A DNA stretch of 64,000 nucleotides from a virus. Lineage: Duplodnaviria > Caudoviricetes. The notes under the pieces are model-generated. The model did no database searches, had not been told where the DNA came from, and was given only the letters and a program-made list of their open reading frames with translations. Positions 9,624 through 20,357 of this stretch are shown one piece after another; the stretch's first letter is position 1; each line of letters starts with the position of its first letter. The stretch is taken from positions 128,001-192,000 of IMG/VR virus record IMGVR_UViG_3300028887_000070, one strand, 5' to 3'. A program made the translations under genes and the position numbers.

Positions 9624-9812
9624 ATGGAAACCCCAACTACAGATGGAGTAGTACTTATAGGAATCTTCGGTTTCGCAATCGCTATCTTTATCACAGCACT
9701 GATATGCTTCGTGAAGATCACTATAAGTCCAAGAGATGAAGAAGAGGAGGAATGGGATGATGAAGATGAAGATCTCAACCCTCTTCAGATATCGGAAAGG
9801 AGTGAAAAGTAA
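9624..9812 (+). CDS. Small single-pass membrane protein with acidic tail
   Basis: AAGGAGG RBS; hydrophobic VVLIGIFGFAIAIFITALICFV followed by DEEEEEWDDEDED. Confidence 0.7.
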   Translation: METPTTDGVVLIGIFGFAIAIFITALICFVKITISPRDEEEEEWDDEDEDLNPLQISERSEK

Positions 9813-12160
9813 TGTATAAGCAGATCATTCAGCATCTTCTTCAGGGAGATACCTCTGATCTCACACCTGAGACAATCAGGAACATCAATGCTCATGTCGT
9901 AAGGTTCTTGAATCTGAGAAGTCTAGAGCCGCATGAGGTTGAAATAGTAGGAGATATACTGCACATCAGTAACATCATCTACAACAATACTGACAGGAGT
10001 ATACTTGTACTTGAAGATGGAGTCTATGATAACCTTCTTCAGATGTATAAGGGATACAATCCTAACTATCAGGTTGGTGCAGAGCCAGTACACTTTGCCC
10101 CTGCTGGTGAGACTATAGTTAAAGAAACAACTCAGCAGAGACCAGTACCGCTCTTCCAAGTGATAGACTATAACAGTGATATGCTCTTCAGGAATGATAT
10201 CTATTCTAACAACACGTATAGAAGAGCAGACTTTGGCGGAGAAGACGTTAAAGCGTCTAAGCGTATCCGCAACACTAGCCACAACTATCCGCAGCTTGTC
10301 GGAACTCTTGATAAAGCTAAGTTTACGCTCAATCAGGAAGCTATAGAGAGACAAGCTTGGGATAATCCGAATGTGGTTATCTTCGAAAGAGACTTCCTTG
10401 CTAAGCACATCCAGGAGGGTATAGTCAATCCTAATGACATAACCCTTGTATGCGAGCTTAAGTATGACGGAATTTCTGTAGAGGCAGATGTAACCGATGA
10501 AGTTATATCTGCTAGAACTAGAGGAGATACTGGTATGGATAAGGCTACAGACCTTACCTCAGTACTTCAGGGCTATCCATTCATGGAGGCCAAAGAATAT
10601 GCCAAGAAGGTCGGTCCTATAGAGCAGTTTGGTATGAAGTTTGAAGCTATCGTAGACAACTTTGCTCTTCAGGAACTCGACAGGAAGTATGGCATAAGAT
10701 ATGTGAGCTCACGTAATGCAGTTATCGGTCTTACTAGTAGGTCTGATGCTCGTAAGTATGCTCACTATATAACTCTTGTTCCTCTTCAGACTAGCCTGAG
10801 TATGGATGATGGTGTAACAAAAGCTGACACTATCATGAATCTTGGCAAGATGAGTAGAATAGAGGAGATAGAGTTCATGAACAAGTTCTATGCAAACGGT
10901 ATCTATATGAGCTATGCCGTTGTACATGGAAACTATCAGAACGTTCTGTATCAGGTGTATAAGTTCGTACAGGAAGCAGAAGCAATGAGAGACTACATAC
11001 CATTCAAGTATGATGGCATAGTTGTGTCTTATGTGGATCCTGTGATAAGAGCTGCACTTGGTAGAAAGAACTCAGTAAACCAGTTCTCTATAGCAATTAA
11101 GTTCAACACCATGAAGAAGCTTACCCAGTTCATCGGGTATGACTATACTGTTGGTAAGGACGGAACTATCACACCGATGATCAACTACAACCCAGTAGAG
11201 TTCTTCGGAGGAATCAACACTAAGTCTTCTGGACATTCATGGAAACGTTTCTATGAGCTTGGACTTCGTAAGGGTGATATCTTACAAGCAGAGTTCAGAA
11301 ACGATGTAATGGTGTACATCGAAAAGGCTAATGTGATAGAGAATCAGTATAACCCAATGCCACTGGAAGAGTTCCCAAGGAACTGTCCGTGTTGTGGCAC
11401 TCCATTAGTATTCTCAGACAAGAATGCCAAGTGCGTGAATATCGCATGCCCTGGAAGAGCAGTATCCAGAGTAACAGATATGATAGCTAAACTTGGTTTC
11501 AAGGGATTCGCTGAAGAGAGTGTTAAGAAGCTTGGACTTAGAGGATTCAATGATCTTGTAAACGGAATGACTGAAGAAAGAGTAGTAAAAGCTCTCGGCA
11601 AGGCAGATGGTCAGAACTTCATAGAGCAACTCTCTACGTTCCTGAGTACTCCACAGTTCGACTATATAGTGCTTGGAAGTCTTGGCTTCACTTCTTTGGC
11701 ATCAACTAAATGGAAAGCAATACTTCAGAAGGTCTCATTGAATGATCTTATAGCTCTTGACCAGATGACATTGTCTGCCAAGATGCAGAAGAAACCAAAC
11801 AAGATAGGACCTAAGACGATACAGACTGTACTTGAAGAGAGATCACTCTTCATGGAAGATCTTGTCGCAATAAGAAATCTCACTAACCTCATCACAGGTG
11901 GAGATATAAATAACTCAGCTCGTAAGGTAATCAGGTTCACTGGTTGTAGAGACGTCGACATGATGATGGCTCTCAACAAGGAAGGACATGATTGTTCAGA
12001 AGGTTCCGTTACCAAGACAACGGACATCTTATTAGTACCTTACATGGGATTCACTAGCACCAAGGTTGCTTCGGCAGTTAAGTACAACACCAAAGGTGCA
12101 TACATTCGTATCATCCCTATAGAAGAATTCAGAAAGAACCCAATCGCGTTCCTTCAGTAA
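9812..12160 (+). CDS. ligA: NAD-dependent DNA ligase
   Basis: ELKYDG adenylation motif, TRGD, DGIVV, IAIKF, VGKDGTITP, CPCCG..C..C zinc finger, C-terminal BRCT (FTG...SVTKTTDILL). Confidence 0.95.
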   Translation: MYKQIIQHLLQGDTSDLTPETIRNINAHVVRFLNLRSLEPHEVEIVGDILHISNIIYNNTDRSILVLEDGVYDNLLQMYKGYNPNYQVGAEPVHFAPAGETIVKETTQQRPVPLFQVIDYNSDMLFRNDIYSNNTYRRADFGGEDVKASKRIRNTSHNYPQLVGTLDKAKFTLNQEAIERQAWDNPNVVIFERDFLAKHIQEGIVNPNDITLVCELKYDGISVEADVTDEVISARTRGDTGMDKATDLTSVLQGYPFMEAKEYAKKVGPIEQFGMKFEAIVDNFALQELDRKYGIRYVSSRNAVIGLTSRSDARKYAHYITLVPLQTSLSMDDGVTKADTIMNLGKMSRIEEIEFMNKFYANGIYMSYAVVHGNYQNVLYQVYKFVQEAEAMRDYIPFKYDGIVVSYVDPVIRAALGRKNSVNQFSIAIKFNTMKKLTQFIGYDYTVGKDGTITPMINYNPVEFFGGINTKSSGHSWKRFYELGLRKGDILQAEFRNDVMVYIEKANVIENQYNPMPLEEFPRNCPCCGTPLVFSDKNAKCVNIACPGRAVSRVTDMIAKLGFKGFAEESVKKLGLRGFNDLVNGMTEERVVKALGKADGQNFIEQLSTFLSTPQFDYIVLGSLGFTSLASTKWKAILQKVSLNDLIALDQMTLSAKMQKKPNKIGPKTIQTVLEERSLFMEDLVAIRNLTNLITGGDINNSARKVIRFTGCRDVDMMMALNKEGHDCSEGSVTKTTDILLVPYMGFTSTKVASAVKYNTKGAYIRIIPIEEFRKNPIAFLQ

Positions 12161-12263
12161 GAAAATATAGGGTGGCAAACATGTTTATAAGCATATACTA
12201 TGCTTATGTACAGGACAACAAGTCGTCCTGTAACGATATATCAAATTCAAGGAGGGTTTTCAC

Positions 12264-13028
12264 ATGAAAACATTTGAACTCAGAGAAACCAACATGCCTC
12301 AGCTTTTCAGAAGCGCACTGATAAGCGAGCTTACAGGAAGCGGGGCAAATGGAAACGCTGTACACTTCGTAATCAGCGATGCAACAAACGAGAAGGATCA
12401 GCGCAATGATAGCGTATATCCTTTCACAGCATTCATCGGCGCATGTGCTCGTGTTATGAGTGCTGACGCAATGAAGAGCAAAGATCATAAGACAGCTCTC
12501 GTTTTCTCAGATCCTAAGGGCGCAGGTTCAATGCTTATGGCATGCGTATCTGAGTGGATTCCTGAAGGAGACGATGGAAACTACAATTTCTACTTCACTT
12601 TCGATCCAGAGGATATCAAGGGTATCCCTGAGGACGCAGTGAAGCCATTCTATGACATACAGGCAATCATGCCCTGGGGTCCCACACTCAGAGGCGTACT
12701 TGACAATGTACATTGCCGTCGTATCGATGACCTTGAGATTCTCAATGGCATCACTATTCTCGTTGTTAAGACTATCTGCAACTGGCTCGATAGCAATGCA
12801 AGCGAGAATGAAGCTATCGCTGTAGAGTTCAAGGACAGCACAGTATACGATGTAGAACTCACAGCAGAAGGCAAAATGCCTAACCAGATCGACTTCGAGA
12901 CATACAAGTCACACTGGGTTACATATGCAACAGCTACAGTCTCAGTAGAGCGTGGTCTTAAGAAGAAGACTATGACTTTCGGTGAAGAGATGAAGGCTAT
13001 AGCTAAGGGTAACGCAGACCTTACTTGA
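12264..13028 (+). CDS. Hypothetical protein
   Basis: 254-aa ORF with AAGGAGG RBS, early-type promoter and a downstream hairpin. Confidence 0.8.
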   Translation: MKTFELRETNMPQLFRSALISELTGSGANGNAVHFVISDATNEKDQRNDSVYPFTAFIGACARVMSADAMKSKDHKTALVFSDPKGAGSMLMACVSEWIPEGDDGNYNFYFTFDPEDIKGIPEDAVKPFYDIQAIMPWGPTLRGVLDNVHCRRIDDLEILNGITILVVKTICNWLDSNASENEAIAVEFKDSTVYDVELTAEGKMPNQIDFETYKSHWVTYATATVSVERGLKKKTMTFGEEMKAIAKGNADLT

Positions 13029-13105
13029 TAAGCTATAGAACGAAGTCAATCAAGGTAATCGGGGAGTTCGCTCCCCGATTATTTTTAAGGAGGAGAGTAT
13101 AGAAG

Positions 13106-13798
13106 ATGTTAATATCGACACCAATCAACCAGGCTTACATCAATGGTGTTAGAGTCGATGTTGTAAGCCCAACAGAATACATGTACAACCAGGAGTTGTA
13201 TGACCCTAAGACTACATGCATTATGATGGAGGGTGTAGACTACATCCTTCCAGTTCGTACTACTAATGTAGATCTGAATGTTCCTGGCTTCTATATGACG
13301 CCAGGAGTCTATGGTCCTGGAGCAAGTCCGTTCATTCCTGTAGTTCCACCCGCTCAGTGTGATATGGAAATGTACTCCAGAAATAACATCGTAGATTTCT
13401 CCGTTATATCATCCATAGCAGAGTATCTTGCTGCCAACGCAGAGTTAGTTGAACAAGAGAGAAAGGCCTTTCTCTCTGATCAGCCAGACGACGTAGTGAG
13501 ACTCCCTATAGATGAAGTGTCTGACACACCTCTGATGATACTGTGTAAGAGTATCATCAATAGTAAGTACGTTACCTCTAAGTTTCTCGAGAACAGAATG
13601 GGTAACAACTACAACAACAACATGCGTCTGCTTAAGAACAAGAACGATATCTCTTACAACAAGGCGGTTGAGATACTCAACTGTATTGATGTGAAGATAA
13701 CAGCTACAGCAGACAATGCAATCAATTCTGCGATCTATCCAATGCAGTCCCCTATAACTTATGACCTCAACTCAGGTATAAACGGGGGGTGCTTCTGA
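13106..13798 (+). CDS. Hypothetical protein, possible C-terminal HTH-like region, coupled to the RNAP gene
   Basis: 230-aa ORF with AAGGAGG RBS; overlaps the start of the next gene. Confidence 0.7.
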   Translation: MLISTPINQAYINGVRVDVVSPTEYMYNQELYDPKTTCIMMEGVDYILPVRTTNVDLNVPGFYMTPGVYGPGASPFIPVVPPAQCDMEMYSRNNIVDFSVISSIAEYLAANAELVEQERKAFLSDQPDDVVRLPIDEVSDTPLMILCKSIINSKYVTSKFLENRMGNNYNNNMRLLKNKNDISYNKAVEILNCIDVKITATADNAINSAIYPMQSPITYDLNSGINGGCF

Positions 13799-15594
13799 TG
13801 AGACCGATAGAATGGAATGGTGAGACCTATCAGATGTATCCTGACCAGCGATCTTTCATCGCTGTGTATAATGAAACACATAGAGCTCGCTTCAATGAAG
13901 CACTGTTCAAGAGAGACGTTAGTGACATCATCAACTGTCTCAAGAACATCATACTTTCTGCTCAGAGAAATGAGTTCTTCAAGATAGAAGTCAGAGGCTT
14001 CAAAGAGATAACCTCTTATGCCGAAGTACAGGAACGTCTTAGAGAACTCGAGTCTAACTCTAACAACAAGAGAAAGAGATTCAATGAGTATGACTATATC
14101 AACCTCAAACCGTCTAGTGTAATGCTTCTCGAAGTCTTCTATCATCTTGAGACTGAAGAAGAGAAGTGTGACACTTCGGTTATCATTCAAGTACCGATAG
14201 TCGTTGATAAGTACTACTTCAGAATCAACGGCTGTAAGTATTCTGCGATGTATCAGATCGTTGATGCATCAACCTATAACAACACTAGCATGGGATCTGC
14301 AAAGATCCCTGCAGTATTTATGAAGTCAGCATTCTCAAGAACTGTTGTACATCGTATGGAGAAGAAGCTTACCACTATCGATAAGAATACAATACCTTGT
14401 ATACAGTTCGTATGTGACATCTTCGCTAACAAGATATCTGCCGAGAAGTTTATACTATGTAAGTTTGGTCTTAACAGAGGTATAGAGTTCCTCAATCTGC
14501 ATGATATCGGCTATACGAAGATAGAAGGAGAAGAAGCACTTAATGAAACATACTACTACTTCCCTACAGAGATTCCAGGAGTCTGTGTGTATTGTCCTAA
14601 GTATCTCTATGACAACAACTACATGTATCAGAGCATGTGTTACTGTCTCGTAAAGAGTGCTACTCAGGGCTATTCATGGGCTGATCTCTATACGGAAGAC
14701 TATTGGTTGGAGGCTCAGGGTGCTGAGTTGAAGACTAGAACTAAGTTCAAGGGTATGTCATTCAGAGAATCATTCGAAGTCTCTATAGACTATAACACAT
14801 ATGACCACCTTAGAGTGTCAGATGAATATAAGAAGAGAGACGCATATACGGTTCTCAGATGGATCCTTCAAAATCACGCAGCATTGTTGCTCAAGGACAA
14901 CACAAACATTGCTGCTAAACGAGTAAGATTTGGTGAGTATATCGCTGTTCACTATGCTAGAAAGCTTGCTAACAATATCAAGCGTGTAGCTAATGCAGCT
15001 AACAAGGTATCGATGAAGAAACTCAAACAGATCATTGGTATCAAGCACCACTATCTTATCGATCAACTTAAGAGTAGTTGTACTCTCGTCACCTACAACA
15101 ACATGGTTAATGATGACGATGCTATAGTACCACTCTCTTATTCGTTCAAGGGCATCTCAGGTATTGGAGAGAACAAGACATCTGCGGTTCAGACTAAGTA
15201 TAAGCTTGTTAACCCAAGTCATCTTGGTCGTCTGGATATGACTGACTCTTCCAATAGTGATCCTGGAATGTCTGGTACATTAGTTCCATATGCTAAACTC
15301 TATGAAGGAGGCTATCTCAGTGACTTCCATGAACCTTGTAAGGGTCGTGATGATCTGGATAAACTCTATGAAGAGTATAAGCAGTTGAATGGTATAGTTG
15401 AGCTTGAGTTCGCTAAGAGTGCAATGCTTGGCAAAACAAACTCAGATACCATAATGGAGTTAACCTCATATAAAGAGCTCATGGAGAAGATCTCTGCAGC
15501 GGCTCTGAAACTTGATGATCCTGTAGTAGATGTCGTTAGCGAACTCCCGTTAGTCGATGACGGCTCTATCGCTATAGGTACAATCGCAGCTTAA
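13789..15594 (+). CDS. Non-virion RNA polymerase beta subunit, N-terminal half
   Basis: YFRING, KRVRFGEY, VNPSHLGRLDMTDSSNSDPGMSGTL (RpoB HYGR.CPIETPEG.NIGL region); it ends where 7313-9544 begins in RpoB. Confidence 0.85.
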   Translation: MLLMRPIEWNGETYQMYPDQRSFIAVYNETHRARFNEALFKRDVSDIINCLKNIILSAQRNEFFKIEVRGFKEITSYAEVQERLRELESNSNNKRKRFNEYDYINLKPSSVMLLEVFYHLETEEEKCDTSVIIQVPIVVDKYYFRINGCKYSAMYQIVDASTYNNTSMGSAKIPAVFMKSAFSRTVVHRMEKKLTTIDKNTIPCIQFVCDIFANKISAEKFILCKFGLNRGIEFLNLHDIGYTKIEGEEALNETYYYFPTEIPGVCVYCPKYLYDNNYMYQSMCYCLVKSATQGYSWADLYTEDYWLEAQGAELKTRTKFKGMSFRESFEVSIDYNTYDHLRVSDEYKKRDAYTVLRWILQNHAALLLKDNTNIAAKRVRFGEYIAVHYARKLANNIKRVANAANKVSMKKLKQIIGIKHHYLIDQLKSSCTLVTYNNMVNDDDAIVPLSYSFKGISGIGENKTSAVQTKYKLVNPSHLGRLDMTDSSNSDPGMSGTLVPYAKLYEGGYLSDFHEPCKGRDDLDKLYEEYKQLNGIVELEFAKSAMLGKTNSDTIMELTSYKELMEKISAAALKLDDPVVDVVSELPLVDDGSIAIGTIAA

Positions 15595-15609
15595 AGGAGG
15601 TGAGAGGAA

Positions 15610-15855
15610 GTGGCTGATATCTTTACTCGCTACTTCCTCTTCTCTCAGTCTCACTATGATAAGATCAAGGAGATTGAGAAGAAGGCAGGAAACAGAAACT
15701 ATAAACCTGGTACAGTATTAGTGAACGGCTACTATAGACCTTTCACTACTATGGAAACCAGACCAGAGAAGTATACTCAAGTGCACGGAGATGCTAAGAC
15801 CGTTCTGGTTGGAGACATCCGTAAGGTTAAGTATACTGATCCTGTAAAGGAGTGA
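15610..15855 (+). CDS. Hypothetical protein
   Basis: 81 aa, GTG start after AGGAGGTG. Confidence 0.7.
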   Translation: MADIFTRYFLFSQSHYDKIKEIEKKAGNRNYKPGTVLVNGYYRPFTTMETRPEKYTQVHGDAKTVLVGDIRKVKYTDPVKE

Positions 15856-16277
15856 TTACTATGTCAAAACCAAAGACAGAACCTTTGTTCAAAGTAATCA
15901 ATATCGGTGAGTGTCCATGCTGCGGTAAGGACGGTAAGCTAACTGTTAAGTTCCGCAACACTGAGTATGTGACACTCAACAAGAATGGAAGAGTGCAGAA
16001 ATGGACTGATGTACAGAACCATATCGGCACTGCTTTCTGTGGTACATGTATGCAGAGATTTGGCGCAATCAATCTGAGTGATCTCGTTGACATTCCTGGA
16101 GTGGTACGTGTAGTACCATTAGAGTATGTCAAGGAAGTCGCATTAGAATACCTCAAGGTCTATGCCAAGGATGAGTTCGAGGCTGCTGGAGAGAATCCAT
16201 TAGTGACCAAGACCATGACTGAAGCAGAGGATGCTGAGGAAGCCAGACAGCATATGGCAGAAGTATCATACTTCTAA
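15852..16277 (+). CDS. Zinc-ribbon protein
   Basis: CPCCG and CGTC pairs. Confidence 0.7.
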   Translation: MITMSKPKTEPLFKVINIGECPCCGKDGKLTVKFRNTEYVTLNKNGRVQKWTDVQNHIGTAFCGTCMQRFGAINLSDLVDIPGVVRVVPLEYVKEVALEYLKVYAKDEFEAAGENPLVTKTMTEAEDAEEARQHMAEVSYF

Positions 16278-16297
16278 TATAAGGAGGACTAGCCACC

Positions 16298-18829
16298 ATG
16301 GAGAATCGCATTAAAGTAGAGGATGAGGTAAAGAATAGAGGAGGATTCAGAGATGAATCCTCCAAGCTTTATGTCGTAATCAACGGAAGCTATGTCTTTC
16401 TCTTCCCAGAAGAAGAGTTCGATAAGCTCAATTCTATCGACAGAAAAATTATATGGGATACTGTAGACTATGTCTTACAGAACTCCCTTACCAATAAAGA
16501 AGGCGATACAGAATACACCTTCGACATGTTTGATCTCATGAAGATATCTCATACTGTCGTACTTCCGCCTATAACACTCAAGGTTGATATAAGCAGTGAT
16601 GATGATGTATCTGGAAATGAGTTCAATACATTATACAATGACACACCATACCATGTACACTCAATGGTGATGAAGAAAGCTGGAGAGTATACAGTGTATG
16701 TGAATAGAGCAGTCTATGATGGTCTCTCTGAAGATGACAAGGATACCATATGCGATAACGTAGGCTCAATAGCATGGAGCGGCTGTGATAAGCATGTATG
16801 GTTTATAGAGTCTAACACTGACTTCATGAACTTCTCCAATATCATATTCATCGATATCGAACCCAACTACGCAAGAAAGTTTGTTCTTGATGAAATAGAA
16901 GAGTATGGAGGGTTTAAAGACGATAAGACTGGCGAGTATGTACTTTATCAGTATCCCTGTACATTTGTACTTCCCGACTGGTTTGAGAATGTCGACAAGT
17001 CGTGTAGAGAGAACATATACTACATATGCCATAAGATATCTCAAGACGAAAATCGTCCATCGAGTAACAGCACTAATAGCTACACTTATAAGTGGGACGA
17101 TATCATGTCGTGTATGCCAATATACTGCACTCCAAGAAAGGCATATAGTGGCGATGCGTTAGGGCAGCTCATAGAACGTCAGGCTAAGGATCAGTTAGCA
17201 TCGTTTAATACTGAAATCAGTGGGAATCGAATCATATTCGGCACACACCATACACCATTTAAAGGTGAGTTATCGGTAAGTGTAAAAAGATGTATATGGG
17301 ATACGTTATCTCCTTCAGTACAGTCAGAAATAACTATGGCTTTACAGCGTATAATCAAAGCACATAGTAATGATAATCCTTATATGGGTTGGGACTTAGC
17401 AACTCTTGAATCAGTACATTACTTTATCGAAGCTGCTAAGCGTGATCCTGTTAATCTTTCTCAAAGAACTTTTGTAGATATGTATATGTATACAGATGCT
17501 CTTTCGAGAGAGGTATACGGTGTCAAAGTGTTCGACTTCATGATGGATCATGTTGAATCGTTTGAATTCATCATCGGAAAAAGAAGCTTCTTTGACAAGC
17601 CTCTAGACGATAGTGTCAAAGAGTCTATAGGGAAGGAAGCTATGAGAATAGCGCTTCTTTGTCCAGAAGAAAGAAAAGTATCATTCAAGCTTTCAGAAGA
17701 TTGCTATGTATGGAAGTTAGAAGGAGATCATTTCGTGCCTTATCATCCAGAATCTGTTCCTATCATACCAGATCCAGATACAGAGATTAAGCACATTTGT
17801 GCTGGTATGATAGGCGGTTTCAATGGAACAACTTTCTATGTCACCGATAACGATGATATAGTTAAGGAGAATATGTATGAAGACGAAGTTAGAGGTGAAA
17901 GATGTAAGATCCTGAAGTTTACTGCTAAGCGTAACGGCATATACTTCTTCTCTATAGAAATGACTGCTTGGAATGCACTTGATGCAGTCATGGAAGATAT
18001 GCTTATCAACAAAGCAAGGATCGTATCTAAGATAGGTTGTAGTGCTCATATATGGCATCTCAACTCAGTTGGTGCTGTAGAAGAGTTTCTCAATATACCC
18101 GTAAAGGACGAGAAGAATCTTCTCGGACTCAATAAACCCAACCCAATCAAGGAGGAAAACACTATGTTTAACAAATTCCCACTCAAGAAGAAGAACAATG
18201 ACAACCTTCCTAAGAAGGAAGCCAACCCCACTATGCCTACACCAGAGCAGGCAAAAGTTATCCTGGATGCTATGTATGCATGCCAGGCAGACACAACTCA
18301 GTACGCTGAAGATATGAGACGTGATAGAGCAAGAGCTAACGCTGTAATGGCTAGAGCTGTTCTCACACATGGTATTCTGACAGACATTTCGATGATGTTC
18401 AGAAATCTCCCTCTTCCTAAGGACGTTAAGTATCATTATGCTACGAGAATACCTGATGGTGAGCTTGTTGTAGTTACTAACGGTAAGTCAGCAACAGAGC
18501 AGTATCTTGATACAACAAACTCTGTTCCAGTTACTAATCTTCAAGACTATGCTAACATTCTCGGAACTCTTAACGCGGTCAAAGAACAGTCTGACAGCAT
18601 GAGTCTTACAGCTGAAGAAACAGCTTCTGTAATTACTAACTACATAGGTTGCCGTGATCAGGCTCTACTGAACATGCTTCAGGATACTAACAGTCTTAAG
18701 CATGTCATTGGAGAGAACACAGTTGAGGAGATTGAGAGTACCGAATTCGACGATCTCATGATTACCACATCTCCAACTGTGATGGAGTATGTTTCTGTAG
18801 TATCTGATGACGATGAAGGTAAGAAGTGA
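16298..18829 (+). CDS. Large hypothetical protein with internal duplicated domains; C-terminal part paralogous to 19017-19724
   Basis: 843-aa ORF; repeated GGF.D and C..H.W motifs; TNSVPVTNLQDYANI shared with the next gene. Confidence 0.75.
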   Translation: MENRIKVEDEVKNRGGFRDESSKLYVVINGSYVFLFPEEEFDKLNSIDRKIIWDTVDYVLQNSLTNKEGDTEYTFDMFDLMKISHTVVLPPITLKVDISSDDDVSGNEFNTLYNDTPYHVHSMVMKKAGEYTVYVNRAVYDGLSEDDKDTICDNVGSIAWSGCDKHVWFIESNTDFMNFSNIIFIDIEPNYARKFVLDEIEEYGGFKDDKTGEYVLYQYPCTFVLPDWFENVDKSCRENIYYICHKISQDENRPSSNSTNSYTYKWDDIMSCMPIYCTPRKAYSGDALGQLIERQAKDQLASFNTEISGNRIIFGTHHTPFKGELSVSVKRCIWDTLSPSVQSEITMALQRIIKAHSNDNPYMGWDLATLESVHYFIEAAKRDPVNLSQRTFVDMYMYTDALSREVYGVKVFDFMMDHVESFEFIIGKRSFFDKPLDDSVKESIGKEAMRIALLCPEERKVSFKLSEDCYVWKLEGDHFVPYHPESVPIIPDPDTEIKHICAGMIGGFNGTTFYVTDNDDIVKENMYEDEVRGERCKILKFTAKRNGIYFFSIEMTAWNALDAVMEDMLINKARIVSKIGCSAHIWHLNSVGAVEEFLNIPVKDEKNLLGLNKPNPIKEENTMFNKFPLKKKNNDNLPKKEANPTMPTPEQAKVILDAMYACQADTTQYAEDMRRDRARANAVMARAVLTHGILTDISMMFRNLPLPKDVKYHYATRIPDGELVVVTNGKSATEQYLDTTNSVPVTNLQDYANILGTLNAVKEQSDSMSLTAEETASVITNYIGCRDQALLNMLQDTNSLKHVIGENTVEEIESTEFDDLMITTSPTVMEYVSVVSDDDEGKK

Positions 18830-19016
18830 TATTAGTATTACTTTTGGTGAATGGCGGCTCGGTGATTCTACTCACCGAGCCTATTATTCTTAATATTTCA
18901 GTTTAAGTATAATTGTGCTGAAGAAACAACATTATATTGTGAGGAAGTGAATAAACACCCGTGAAAAGCTTCTGATCATAAGCCATTCATACAAACGCGA
19001 ATAGGAGGAACACACT

Positions 19017-19724
19017 ATGACAGATATGAACAATATCGACTTTAACCTTCCTATCTCTTTTAAGAAGAGAATAGGACGCCCAAGCGATTCAACAGACTTC
19101 TTTGAGGATGAACCTGATCAGGAAACAGAACAGGTATCTGTAGAAGTGATAGAGGAAGAGGATCCTCTCAAAAGAAAAATGATTGAATGTCAGATAGACT
19201 TTCGTAAGTACTATGCAGACATGAAGCGTGAAAGAGACAAGGCTAACCTTGTGGTAGCCAGAGCTTATCTAACAAACTCTATACTGACATCAAACATGAT
19301 GAAACAGAACAATGTATATCTGCCTACAGGTGAAAACTTCTCATCTGGTATAAGAGTATGCGACAACGAATACGTTGCTGTAACTAATGGTGGTACACCA
19401 ATCAACCAGATTCTTGACTACACGAACTCTGTTCCTGTTACTAATCTTCAGGACTATGCAAACATCATCAATTGCTACAGTGAAAAGGATCGTGATTCAG
19501 ATTACATAACCAAACAGGAAGCAGCATCTATAGCGACTAACTATATCACATTTCGTGATCAATCCCTTCTCGATAGCATCGTTAAGAATGGATGTGTCGA
19601 TAGACTTATAGGCAAAGACACTATCAAGAAGATCAAGTGTACAGAAATAAACGATCCTATGATAATCACTTCACCTACAATAAGAGCAAACTCGAAGATT
19701 CAGCAGGACAATGATGAAGGCTGA
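19017..19724 (+). CDS. Hypothetical protein, paralog of the C-terminus of 16298-18829
   Basis: Shared ANLVVARAYLT/ANAVMARAVLT, VTNG, TNSVPVTNLQDYANI, TNYI..RDQ.LL. Confidence 0.8.
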   Translation: MTDMNNIDFNLPISFKKRIGRPSDSTDFFEDEPDQETEQVSVEVIEEEDPLKRKMIECQIDFRKYYADMKRERDKANLVVARAYLTNSILTSNMMKQNNVYLPTGENFSSGIRVCDNEYVAVTNGGTPINQILDYTNSVPVTNLQDYANIINCYSEKDRDSDYITKQEAASIATNYITFRDQSLLDSIVKNGCVDRLIGKDTIKKIKCTEINDPMIITSPTIRANSKIQQDNDEG

Positions 19725-19729
19725 TAAGA

Positions 19730-20098
19730 ATGGATATTACTATTTACAGGGACAAGCCAGAGTATTTCAACAGGATCTGTACTGCTAATATTGTCTGGAA
19801 TGCTTTGATCCCTCTTAACTACTACGAACCCGTGTTATCGATCAAAGACGTAGAGAAACAAGAAGACTATAAGAGCAACTATGACGAGTCGATTAGTGCT
19901 CTCGATATCCTCTACAAAATGCTACAGATAACGACAGGAGACATAGTAGAAATCACTAACTCGAACTCATGTGATGGCGTGTACTATTACAGATCTTATT
20001 GTTGGTACGAACTGAAAAGAGACGAGTTTGATATCAACTCTAAAAAGCTTGTATGTGATATCGTACAGTGCCTAAGAATAACCGAAGGGTGGAGGTAA
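19730..20098 (+). CDS. Hypothetical protein, paralog of 20347-20703
   Basis: KDVEKQEDYKSNYDE vs KDVDKQENYKENYDE; G.Y..RS..W..L. Confidence 0.75.
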   Translation: MDITIYRDKPEYFNRICTANIVWNALIPLNYYEPVLSIKDVEKQEDYKSNYDESISALDILYKMLQITTGDIVEITNSNSCDGVYYYRSYCWYELKRDEFDINSKKLVCDIVQCLRITEGWR

Positions 20099-20132
20099 TC
20101 CACCCTTCTTCTTACACATCAAGGAGGAAATA

Positions 20133-20357
20133 ATGAGCGACAGTGATAAGCTAAATTGCATACTTGATTATCTAGAAGCTTTCAAGGCAGATTTGTGGAC
20201 AGACTTCATTAACGGCAATGAAGTAACAAGACCGATTGTTGCGGCTAAAGAATCTGTTATAGAAGAAATAATAGATTATATAGAACGTGAGACAGGCGAA
20301 ACTGTAAGAACCTCAGATGGATACTTATTTAAGGAGGAAATCTATAATGGATGCTAA
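20133..20357 (+). CDS. Hypothetical protein
   Basis: 74 aa, AAGGAGG RBS. Confidence 0.7.
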   Translation: MSDSDKLNCILDYLEAFKADLWTDFINGNEVTRPIVAAKESVIEEIIDYIERETGETVRTSDGYLFKEEIYNGC

